Shown here one piece after another: positions 48,112 to 59,745 of a DNA stretch of 64,000 nt (within the stretch, counting starts at the first letter, position 1; the number at the start of each line of letters is the position of its first letter). The notes beneath the pieces were generated by a model. The model did not search any database. It was given only the letters and a program-made list of their open reading frames with translations, and was not told the origin of the DNA. Source of the stretch: Albugo candida. Lineage: Eukaryota. A program made the translations under genes and the position numbers. The DNA is taken from contig JBDOQK010000047.1 of assembly GCA_040437565.1 (NCBI GenBank), positions 62,001 through 126,000 on the forward strand, read 5' to 3'.

Positions 48112-50298
48112 TTGGAATGTCGGGTTCCGTTCAAAGTGCAAATTTGTAAAGTGATTTCATCCTTTTCGGTCTTTTCCAAAAGACTGTGTAACTTCCAACA
48201 ACAACAAATTGTGGAAGTTTGGTCTGTCGCTACTTTTTGATGCTCCGATACATTGTGAGTGTAATGAAATCGATCACTGAACGCGTGCAGCTTACAGGGA
48301 AGCTGATTCGCGATCCAAATGGACAGGCGGAGTCTCTGGATCATCTCTTCCTGATCGCGAAACCTCCAATAGCTCGTGTCGTGTAACGTATCGAGAATTC
48401 TCGTGAGGACATAGTCGATGGGTGTGATCCAAATAAAAGCCTCTGAGTGAGCATAAAGCGTATGAAAGACTTCCATTATCTCGACACGAGCCTCACGTTG
48501 AAGCCTCCACCATTCTCGCAAGGAATGAGGTGTGTGCGTTCTATCCACGGGCNNNNNNNNNNNNNNNNNNNNNNNNNNNNNNNNNNNNNNNNNNNNNNNN
48601 NNNNNNNNNNNNNNNNNNNNNNNNNNNNNNNNNNNNNNNNNNNNNNNNNNNNGCTCCGATACATTGTGAGTGTAATGAAATCGATCACTGAACGCGTGCA
48701 GCTTACAGGGAAGCTGATGCGCGATCCAAATGGACAGGCGGAGTCTCTGGATCATCTCGTCCTGATCGCGAAACCTCCAATAGCTCGTGTCGTGTAACGT
48801 ATCGAGAATTCTCGTGAGGACAAAGTCGATGGGTGTGATCCAAATAAAAGCCTCTGAGTGAGCATAAAGCGTATGAAAGACTTCCATTATCTCGACACGA
48901 GCCTCACGTTGAAGCCTCCACCATTCTCGCAAGGAATGAGGTGTGTGCGTTCTATCCACGGGCACAGCCGACACCAGACGCTGAGCGCATTGCGATGGTT
49001 CTCGATCCAGTTCATCGCAAAGTGACTCGATTGTGTACTGAATGTTTTCCTTCGTCAGCGATTTTACCGACAGCAAACTGCTGTAAAACCGGTATCGACT
49101 CACTTGTGTCCGAACGATACGCTCTGCCGCGCCCCAATTTCCATCGTTCCCGAGCGATTTCACGTCCATTTTTTGGCCTAAAGATGTTAACGCGGGGGGG
49201 AATGTATAGATATCCAAGACGGTGACATTTTGCATTCGCTGTTTCCGCTGTAAAAGCACTGTGAGGTGCACAGCGACCATTTTTCCATTAAAGACGTCTT
49301 GATACCGTATCACAGGAACGACGAATTCTGCATTCATAAACCATTCCGAGGCATCTGTTCTCCCTTCCGCCCGATTTTGGATCGCTTCTCCATCTCTCAA
49401 TGCCACAGAATCGCTTCTTAAATCCACAGAATCGTTTTTTAAGGAAGCAATTGGACACGGCTTAAAAGCGCATTTGTCACTGGCATTCCGATACGAAAGA
49501 CTTTTATCTGGACATACAAATGCGTCTTTCTCACACTCCACGTCGACCCATACGATACTCTTTATTATACGCGTAATACCGCCCCATATCTCACTCAGTA
49601 AGCCTCCGTTCACAGCGGAAAGCCCCGACCATATCGCCAGTNNNNNNNNNNNNNNNNNNNNNNNNNNNNNNNNNNNNNNNNNNNNNNNNNNNNNNNNNNN
49701 NNNNNNNNNNNNNNNNNNNNNNNNNNNNNNNNNNNNNNNNNACGATACGCTCTGCCGCGCCCCAATTTCCATCGTTCCCGAGCGATTTCACGTCCATTTC
49801 TTGGCCTAAAGACGTTAACGCGGGCGGGAATGTATAGATATCCACTACGGTGACATTTTGCATTCGCTGTTTCCGCTGTAAAAGCTCTGTGAGGCGCACA
49901 GCAACGATTTTCCCATTAAAGACGTCTTGATACCGTATCACAGGAACGACGAATTCTGCATTCATAAACCATTCCGAGGCATCTGTTCTCCCTTCCGCCC
50001 GATTTCGGATCGCTTCTCCATCTCTCAATGCCACAGAATCGCTTCTCAAAGCCACAGAATCGTTCTTCAAGGAAGCAATTGGACACGGCTTAAAAGCGCA
50101 TTTGTCACTGGCATTCCGATACGAAAGACTTTTATCTGGACACACAAATGTGTCTTTCTCACACTCCACGTCGACCCATACGATACTCTTTATAATACGC
50201 GTGATACCGCCCCATATCTCACTCAGTAAGCCTCCGTTCACAGCGGAAAGCCCCGACCATATCGCCAGTATCCATAGACAAATTGGAGGCTTTTTCAT
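48108..50298 (-). CDS. Secreted protein with a small 4-Cys motif; assembled as overlapping divergent copies across two gaps
   Basis: [22 protein letters not shown] signal peptide; [28 protein letters not shown]; frame is open once duplicates are collapsed. Confidence 0.65.
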
Positions 50299-50543
50299 CG
50301 ATGCATTCCTATGAGATGAGAAAACAAAATCTTCGAACGTCATAAAAGAGCCAATAACGCAGTACAGAATACCTCAAAAATCCATCAAATGTCTCCAAAT
50401 GGATTCTCTGCGACAACAGCGACGATCACGTAGAAGGAGAGGAAGATCACACGTCAATTCACTTGTTTTCATGTTTTCCAATAAAATCAGAAAGAGCGAA
50501 CTATCACTTTTGTAATTTTCCATTTTCCATTTGATACAAAGCC

Positions 50544-53500
50544 TCAATCTTCGTCATAATCCACTGCACATTCGTCTTCTTCCACGGGCACAAACGAATC
50601 GATTGTTGTCTTCTCGGGACGATCGCTTGCTCGTGCTCGCTTGAGCTTGTTCTCGTCCATTGGATCCTCGCGGATGATCGGACCTCGATTCTCAAGACCA
50701 CGTTTATACCGACAAGTCGAGTTGTAAGGCGATATTCTTCTCGGTGAAGGACTCGATCGAAAGCTTGGAGGCGGCTTCATGTCTCGTCCCGATCGATACG
50801 AATCACTGTGTGCTTCATGAATGCGATTCCCGTCCATGCTTTTGCTCCTGGATCGATGAGAAAATTGCTCTCGATTTCCACGATTCAAATTCCTCGGCGT
50901 GTTATCTCGAAAACTGGAGCGTTGGTATCGTTGCTGTTGTGATTGTGCGATTTCTGCGATAGATCGATTACTATCGATTCTTCGACGGTCATGGTTCCCG
51001 TAAAGCGAAGCTTCCGGATGTCGGTGAGTATCCTCGCGACGAAGCTCTGAATCGTTGTATCTTCGATTGAGTTGAACGCTTTGAGTTGTCGATCGCGATC
51101 TGGAGCGTGGAGGTACAGCATTGACCGGTCGAGCAGACGATCGAGATCGATTGCGTCCGCGAAGCAAAGGTTCACGATGATGCGGTTCTCTTGGTACTTG
51201 TCGGTGGATACTATCAGAATTTGGAGTTGGATTTGGATTTCGTTGATAGGAATCGATGCGTCGAGGTGGAGGCTCTGTCCGTTGAAATCGATCACTCCAA
51301 TTACTTTGACGCTGATTGGAGTCAGAGACGCGATCACTGCTTCGATTTCTTGTCGTTTTCGGGAATTCCGCTGCACGATCCTCGGGATACNNNNNNNNNN
51401 NNNNNNNNNNNNNNNNNNNNNNNNNNNNNNNNNNNNNNNNNNNNNNNNNNNNNNNNNNNNNNNNNNNNNNNNNNNNNNNNNNNNNNNNNNTTCGATTGAG
51501 TTGAACGCTTTGAGTTGTCGATCGCGATCTGGAGCGTGGAGGTACAGCATTGACCGGTCGAGCAGACGATCGAGATCGATTGCGTCCGCGAAGCAAAGGT
51601 TCACGATGATGCGGTTCTCTTGGTACTTGTCGGTGGATACTATCAGAATTTGGAGTTGGATTTGGATTTCGTTGATAGGAATCGATGCGTCGAGGTGGAG
51701 GCTCTGTCCGTTGAAATCGATCACTCCAATTACTTTGACGCTGATTGGAGTCAGAGACGCGATCACTGCTTCGATTTCTTGTCGTTTTCGGGAATTCCGC
51801 TGCACGATCCTCGGGATACTCGCGAGGTCGATATGCTGGATTTGGATGTGTGTGCCACTGAGAACGATCTGCATGAACGTTTGGATTGTAAGGCTCTTTA
51901 CGATGTCCCGCTTTATCCATTCGATACGGGTCCGAATGCTGTGTTCTGAGCTTTTCACGTCGTTCGTCCGATTCATTGAGAGCGGATTTCGCATGCCATC
52001 GAGTGGGACTTTGGCTAGTACGTGACGAATGCACGCTATTGTATTCATTTCTCGGTATCGTTCGCTCGTTCTCGCGTCGAATTCGGTCTCCATTTTGGAA
52101 TCCACGGTCTCGAGCGCCTTCCTCCGATCGAACACAGTCTTCTCCTACAACTCGTCCAGATTTCAGAGCAAAACTCTGCGTGCGTTCTTCGGAAATCTGA
52201 CGTTTTCGCTCGCGATTGGCGAGTAACACTGCAGGATTCCGTGTGGCATCTGTTTCGAATTGTTCGTCAGGATCGTAATAAGGAACCAATACGATATCTT
52301 CCACCACTAAATGATGCTTACGAATCGCTACTTTTGCATCTTCAAGCGCGTCGAATCGGATTTTCCCGGGAGCCACTACTTTGATCGGTCCAATGTTTTC
52401 GAGAACGCTGCACAATTCACTCCACACAGGCATTCCCTGCTCGGATGCAAAGTCGTACGGTTCGACTGGCAGACCGTCTTCCTCTTTGAACTCGCGACCT
52501 GGAAGCATTTGGACGAATAAAAGCGTATTACATGGAGGTCCTCGGGCAAAATTTCCATTCAAAATTCGGCTTCTGAACGGTTCTCTCGCTACGAATTGGA
52601 TAATCTCTTTAGCGGATTGGGTCGTCGGCAAGCTCACGAACGCGAATCCCGACGTATTTCTTCCTCCATTGCTTCGTCCCTCANNNNNNNNNNNNNNNNN
52701 NNNNNNNNNNNNNNNNNNNNNNNNNNNNNNNNNNNNNNNNNNNNNNNNNNNNNNNNNNNNNNNNNNNNNNNNNNNNNNNNNNNGCATTTGGACGAATAAA
52801 AGCGTATTACATGGAGGTCCTCGGGCAAAATTTCCATTCAAAATTCGGCCTCTGAACGGTTCTCTCGCTACGAATTGGATAATCTCTTTAGCGGATTGGG
52901 TCGTCGGCAAGCTCACGAACGCGAATCCCGACGTATTTCTTCCTCCATTGCTTCGTCCCTCATAATGCAAAGTCCCGCGAGGTGGCTGTTTGATCTGAAC
53001 GGCTGTGCTACTTAGGCTCGGTTCCACTTGAGCAAGGAACGCTGCTAATTCGTTGCTGGTTGTTTGGAGAGGGAGGTTCCCAATAAACACGTACGGAGCC
53101 GGTGGACAGCTGATGAACCACCGCGTACTCGATGAAGAGCTTGCGACTCGTTCTCTTTCTTCCTGCGACTTTGTGTCGTGATTTGCGTCGTGATTTGAGT
53201 CCAAAGACCGCAACGTGTACGGTTTCTGATCCACTGGAGCAGTTTCCTGAGCGATCTGACGCGAATCACCTCTTGCAAGCGTCAGCGCTGCGTGGATTTG
53301 CTTTAAATGGCGTTCCATTGCCATCGATTTCTCTGTTTGGAGCTCTTTTTTGACGAAATTGTGAATGCGATCGCGCCATCCGCTTTCGTTTTCTCTCATT
53401 GATTGCGTAGTGGCCACAGACGGGAGCCTCCCGATTTGAAAAAGCGATCGGAGAGTGTGAATTCGGACGACATTCGATGCTGAGGGGCGCGAGAGACTCA

Positions 53501-53832
53501 AGAGGACATCGATGACATTTGATTGGACGTGAGGGAACTTGTTAAAGTGTTTACTGAGAAGTTGAACGGCTAAAATGGACTCTGACTCGACAGAATGCGC
53601 GTTGTGTTGATGCGATTGAGCGGCTGTGTGGATTATGGACTCGTATGCGTCTACAGCGTCGTCTTCGTCGACGTTTTGTGGTATTGGAACGGGATTTTCA
53701 TGAAAATACGTTTCGATGCGATCCTCACAATTGAATAAGTCACTCAAGCGATCTTCTACAAACAAACAACATTACGAGGGATGAATTGGATGTCGGATTT
53801 GTTTTAAGCGTACCGCTGTCTAGAGCTTTCAT
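50544..53832 (-). CDS. API5-like N-terminus + RRM + Arg/Ser-rich tail (two gap duplications inflate the length)
   Basis: LAVQLLSKHFNKFPHVQSNVIDVLLSL; VFIGNL and SGFAFV (RNP2/RNP1); RSRSRS; short first exon MKALDS. Confidence 0.7.
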
Positions 53833-54074
53833 AGGAAACGGAAAATAGGTGAATGGATCTAGAATGCAGTCAAGATGATTTTGGATATAGTTTGGATGCA
53901 AATCAAGCAAAAGATTCGCGGGAAAAAAAGACTTTTTGGAGGGGGCAACCACTCGCGTCTGAATCCAGTTGAGTTGATACAATTGCGTCACATCATTCAC
54001 ATTCGGGTAACATTATATAAACAGACTCGGTACTGTATCCAGTTATATAACATGATAGCATTAGCATATCCGAT

Positions 54075-55801
54075 CTAGATTTCAATTAACAATCTTCTCG
54101 GATCACCAATTCCATCAGATATCATTTTGAGGAATGTGACAGCTTCTCTCCCGTCAATAATGCGGTGATCGTACGTAAGGGATAAGAACATCATTGGACG
54201 AGTTACAATCTCTCCATTGATTACTACTGGACGGTGTCGGATGCTGTGGATGCTGAGTGCCGCAGATTGAGGGGATGTCAGCATGGATGTGCTTAAAAGT
54301 GCGTCATGTATACCAGCGTTCAGAATTGTAAAGGTACCACCTGCTAGATCTTCTACAGCCAATGATCCGCTCTCTGCATCCATCTGTAACGAGTGGAGAG
54401 ATTTCTCAAGCGCAGGAATAGTTAGATTCTCCACATTGCGAAGCACCGGGACGACGATACTGTAATCAGCACAAGTGAGCAAACAATCGGGTTGGATGAG
54501 GTATACGTGTACCCATTGGAACCCGCAACGGCAACATTGATATCCACAAAGTCATTGTATACAATCTCTTTGGCGGTCCAATCGAAATCTACGAAGTAAC
54601 ATGTTAACTCGAAATGATAACAGAAAGAAAACGTATACGAACAAGCATTCACTTGCGGCACTCTGCGGAGTGCCATGGAGCTGGCTTTGATAAAGAACGA
54701 GAGAATACCAAATTCCGTTCCGTGAGTCTTCACAAAAGATTCTTGCAGTTCCTGACGTAGTGCTAATAGATTCCCAAGATCGCACTATGCAAATTGTCTT
54801 GAGTTCAATTGATCTTTGAGGAATGCGACTTGTACCTCTTGGAATGTGCTGAGTATGGCCGCATCATTCTGCGTATCCTTGACTCTTTGAGCTGTACGTG
54901 TCATGAATGGACTTAGCTTGACGCGTGTTTCATTCCGACGGAATACTCCTTTGGGAGTCGGAGCCTCTGATGGTGTCGCGTGGTTCGAGTGGTCAGTTGA
55001 TTGGGTTGGGACCGGACCGGTTGAAATAGGTTTCACCGATGATTCATTGCTCTGTGATGGTTCTTGACTGTCGGGCATTTTCTTGCTATCTGGCGATTTC
55101 TCTGACGTGACATGTGATTCTTTCGGAATCGATATATTTGGCTCCTCCTGCTGCGATGCGGAAGTGTCGAGCACGAAGAGTGGTTTCCCAACTTGCACGA
55201 GGTCATCGAGTTTAGCAAATAAGTCAACCAGCTGTCCTGAAAAGGGGGCATTCACATCCACACTCACCTAAGGCTTTGGGTGAGATTCATCCTGCAGTCT
55301 GAGATTACTCACTTTATCTGTTTCGATGACGATAACCGGTTCGTCGGCTTTTACATAGTCGCCAGTCTCTATGTAACCAAATATTAATCAAGTCGTCATC
55401 TAACCAAATCTTAACTCAGCTTACTCTTAAGGACTGTCACGATTGTTCCTTCCGAGATAGAATCGCCCATGGATGGGACTTTGACCGTCTCTAGTTTCTG
55501 TGAGCTGTTTGACGGAGTTTCTTGAGAAGGTGGAGGGCTGGAAATCGTTGCATCGACCGATGCGTAAACACATCTCTGCGACCATACTCTCAACTGTCCT
55601 CGTTTTGCAATTGATGGAAGCGAACAAAGTCTCAAGGATGATAACGGAGCGATGGATATCACACGATGACGTCGTGTCTAGTAAATGATAACGGACGAAA
55701 ACAGTTGGAATTTCGAGAAAGAAACAGGGTTTAGTAATGCGTACGGATTGAAGAATGGATTGCAATACGGTGGAGCGTCCTCGGGCACGCCACAAGCGCA
55801 T
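54075..55801 (-). CDS. DLST: Dihydrolipoamide succinyltransferase (OGDH E2)-like, divergent, multi-exon
   Basis: Arg-rich transit peptide, VPSMGDSISEG, ETDK|VSV lipoyl motif, TYDHRIIDGREAV. Confidence 0.88.
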
Positions 55802-56079
55802 CTTCACGAATGTTTAAGTACGATTATGCAAAACGCACATAGTATGGCACGTCATACTATGTACCCGTGCCAGCTGTCTCAAAACTANNNNNNNNNNNNN
55901 NNNNNNNNNNNNNNNNNNNNNNNNNNNNNNNNNNNNNNNNNNNNNNNNNNNNNNNNNNNNNNNNNNNNNNNNNNNNNNNNNNNNNNNGTACCCGTGCCAG
56001 CTGTCTCAAAACTATTGGCACGCACCAGGTACACGATCACTTCGTAAGTACCGTCAAACTTCAGCGAATGCACGTCCTG

Positions 56080-58982
56080 CTACGTCCCATCTCGTACCAA
56101 ATGTACAACCCCATGTGCCACACGTACCATCTCGTCACATTCTAAAACTCGCAACGCTGTTTGAAATTCTGACGGTGTAAAACATATTACTTTTTCTTCC
56201 TCCAATCGTTTCCGAATGCGCGTTACAGTTGCGGTACCGGCAGCATTTTCAATCACAATTTTTTGTATAGCTTCCACCAGTAAATCAACTACATTGCGTT
56301 CCGCTGAACCGTGTCCTGTTTGAATCATATCCATATCAATTGTCCCCGTTCGTGGATCCATCGCTGCGCGTTGTGTTGCCACATTCATCAATCGTACCGC
56401 TTCCGCCACATCTGATTCTGTCACGTACTTACACAAACGTAGTTTTGCAAGCGCCTCGGCGATCCGAATCAGCGATTCCAATTGACGTGGTGTCGCCGTA
56501 ATCGTGCGCTTTTCAGTCAAACTCGACGATGTCATATGCCGTAGACCCATGTAAGCAGCTACCAATGCGTCCCGCGCTGCCTCTGTCAAGGTGGGTTGCA
56601 CATGACGTCGAGCGTACGCAATGTATGCAGTCAGTAAAGGAAGACTCACCATATCATCGCCATTATTATCCACTCGCTGATCTTTATTTTCCACATAAAG
56701 CCCCACAATATGTCGTGCCAACTTTCGATCTGTCTCGGGATTGGCTTTATCCAGAATTAGATAAATCAAATCAAATCGCGACAATAGCGTGGGTACCACG
56801 TTCACGTTTTCGACGACCGATTTGCGTGGATTGTATCGCGATTCCACGGGATTCGCGGATGCTAAAATAGAAGCACGCGCGTTCAGCGAACAGATGATCC
56901 CAGCTTTCGCGATAGAAACCGTTTGTTGCTCCATAACTTCATGCAAGACGGAGCGTGCCGAGTCGGACATTTTATCAAACTCATCGATACAGCATACCCC
57001 GCCGTCCGAAAGTACCAGAGCACCTGATTCAAGCACGAGCTCACCATTTTCACTATCACGAACAACAGAAGCGGTCAACCCAACCGCAGAACTCCCTTTA
57101 CCCGATGTATAAATACTACGAGGTGATAATTTGTGAACGTATGATAAAAGTTGAGATTTTGATGTACCGGGATCACCACACAATAAAACATTCATATCAG
57201 CCCGAAGTGATGGCGCACTACTTTTCGACTTTCCATCGCATTCGGGATCCATTTTCACCGTACCACCAAACAACATGCATAAAATCCCTTTTTTGACGTC
57301 TTCCAATTGCCAAATTGCCGGAGCAACTGATTTTGTCAAAACTTGATACACATTTGGATGTGACGCGATACTACGAAAGGCTTCTAATTGAATCAAATCT
57401 TCTTCTGGTTCTTCACGCGTTGTTGCACGAATGTTGAGAATGGGATCCAAGAAATCCGAGTCACTTCGAACTCGTTTCTGTCTTGAATGTGTCCAATAAG
57501 CTGTGCCGTACGGCTCAAGACCATTTCCGGCTCCTTTCCCACTTAACCCACAAGGCTCATAATGCATAACATCGATATACGTTTTAAATACCGATTTGAC
57601 ACCACGTTGTTTAACTGATATACGCATAGGAACCGCTCGATAGATTCCCGTCACACAAACTTTATCGCCCGGTCGAACACCGTCCACAAGGTCATCAAAC
57701 GCAAACATCATAACAGTGAACGGCGTTTCACCTTCAGGTATCGCGTCCACATTCTCTTGCATCCGAATCATTTGTTTATCAGTGAAAACACAACGGTTAT
57801 GTATCATTTCCATGCAAAGACGATTTCCACAACGACTACAGAAAGCTGGTTCATCAATGCGACCGCGTTCCAATGCCACATGAGAATCCGCGTGGCATAA
57901 AACACATCGGAAGAACGCTTGTTGAAGATCCGGAAGGATGAAACCACATCGTGTCACCATGCCTACGACACTCACAAGTGTGTCAATGTCGGACGGATTG
58001 AGCCCACGCATGGCGGATAGCGCTTTCAAATGATACGGCCGGACTTGTATCCGATCAATGAATTCCGCTGAAGGAAATTGCGATGAGAATTCCTGTTGAG
58101 CGACGAGATCGAATACTCGAATGAGTACTTGAGGGAATGTTATAAGCTGATAATACAATGAAGGCGAATTGGATAAAAGGTGTTGAGTATCTATTTCCAA
58201 GATATAAGTTTGCGTGAGATGCATTTGTACCAGTTTTTCGAGGTACAAGGGAGTAGAATTGTCGAGTGTAAATTGCTGCAGAAATAAACGAAATAATCGC
58301 ATAGAGTCTTCCACGCGTATGGTAGTACCCCACACAACCGCTTCTGAACCCGGAGCTGTTGTTTCAGGACCGNNNNNNNNNNNNNNNNNNNNNNNNNNNN
58401 NNNNNNNNNNNNNNNNNNNNNNNNNNNNNNNNNNNNNNNNNNNNNNNNNNNNNNNNNNNNNNNNNNNNNNNNTTTTTCGAGGTACAAGGGAGTAGAATTG
58501 TCGAGTGTAAATTGCTGCAGAAATAAACGAAATAATCGCATAGAGTCTTCCACGCGTATGGTAGTACCCCACACAACCGCTTCTGAACCCGGAGCTGTTG
58601 TTTCAGGACCGGAAATCGGTGTGGGCGCAGGGTCGTTAGATGAAGTATTGGGCCCATTAAAACGCCATTCATTACGCCCAAGATCAGCTCGAGGAAGCTG
58701 CCGATTTGCTAGTCTACGAAGATCAGCTTCCACATCATCTTCAGGCTCTTCGTAATTTCCATCGGCTGTTTCTAGGCTCAAATATCGGGGGACAAAAACA
58801 TTTGGTGTCGAGTCGATGGAAGCGCTCATTTCTGGAAACATTAATCGCGGCTGATCTGTAGCAGAAATAGCTGAAGCCGATACCGATAGTGCTGATGTTG
58901 GTGAAGGCGGTGTGCGTGGTGGTGAAGGCGAGTTGCTCTCATGTGGATGCTCATCCAAAGGTGACGACGGCGAAGCATTCAT
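56080..58982 (-). CDS. MCM4: DNA replication licensing factor MCM4
   Basis: VVWGT, IHNRC, PEGETP, GDPGTSKSQ, LVLESGALVLSD, IDEFDKM, SRFD, TPRQLESLIR, DPRTGTIDMD. Confidence 0.96.
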
Positions 58983-59033
58983 TCCGAGCGAATTTACCGT
59001 GAAACAGAAAACCGGTTTACTTCCCGCCCTAGG

Positions 59034-59683
59034 ATGCNNNNNNNNNNNNNNNNNNNNNNNNNNNNNNNNNNNNNNNNNNNNNNNNNNNNNNNNNNNNNNN
59101 NNNNNNNNNNNNNNNNNNNNNNNNNNNNNNNNNNNNNTGCGTCGATGGGAAAACGAGTCTCCGCTTCCCAAAGAGTTTATACCGACTGAAAACGCAACAG
59201 AAAACTTACTATCGACAGAGAACGCGACAGAAAATCAGATTCCGAAAAGCAAACGCAAGCGATCGACTTTAAATGAGGAACATTTGCTTTCATGGAATGG
59301 ATTAAAGCGATTATACCACAATTTTTCGTATCGCCTTGGCGGCGATGTCGCTGGAAACGAAGTACGTGTTGCGACCGCTAATTGATATCGCTCTCACTTA
59401 ATTTTCAGGCACAAGCGCTCGATAACTTATTGTCTGCATACCGGCAATGGGCCTTCGATCTTCATCCTGGCTATCATTTTGATCAGTTTTTAGACCGTGT
59501 AGAAACGCTAGGAAAGAACTCACAGGTAAAATAGTCCCATGAAGCTTGTTAAAAGTTTGTGAATTTTGCATTCAGGTGCGTGACCTTGTAGTGGAATTAC
59601 GAGAACAAGAGCATAAACGACACACTCCGTTATCTACCGAAACGATTGAAGCAAACGATTCACCCATAACGGATACAAAGTAA
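59034..59683 (+). CDS. TIPIN: Tipin/Csm3/Swi3 replication fork protection subunit (3 exons; start spans a gap)
   Basis: Spliced LNEEHLLSWNGLKRL...GNE|AQALDNLLSAYRQWAFDLHPGYHFDQFLDRVETLGKNSQ|VRDLV matches the Swi3 domain. Confidence 0.88.
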
Positions 59684-59745
59684 CAAGAACGTATTTTCTT
59701 GTGTGATATAAAAATGTTAAATGCAAACCAAAACGTGTTATCTCA

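Noticed and set aside
50885..52135. Long alternative-frame and antisense ORFs (416 aa, 317 aa)
   Set aside because: By-products of CGA/TCG-rich RS-domain coding plus the gap duplication
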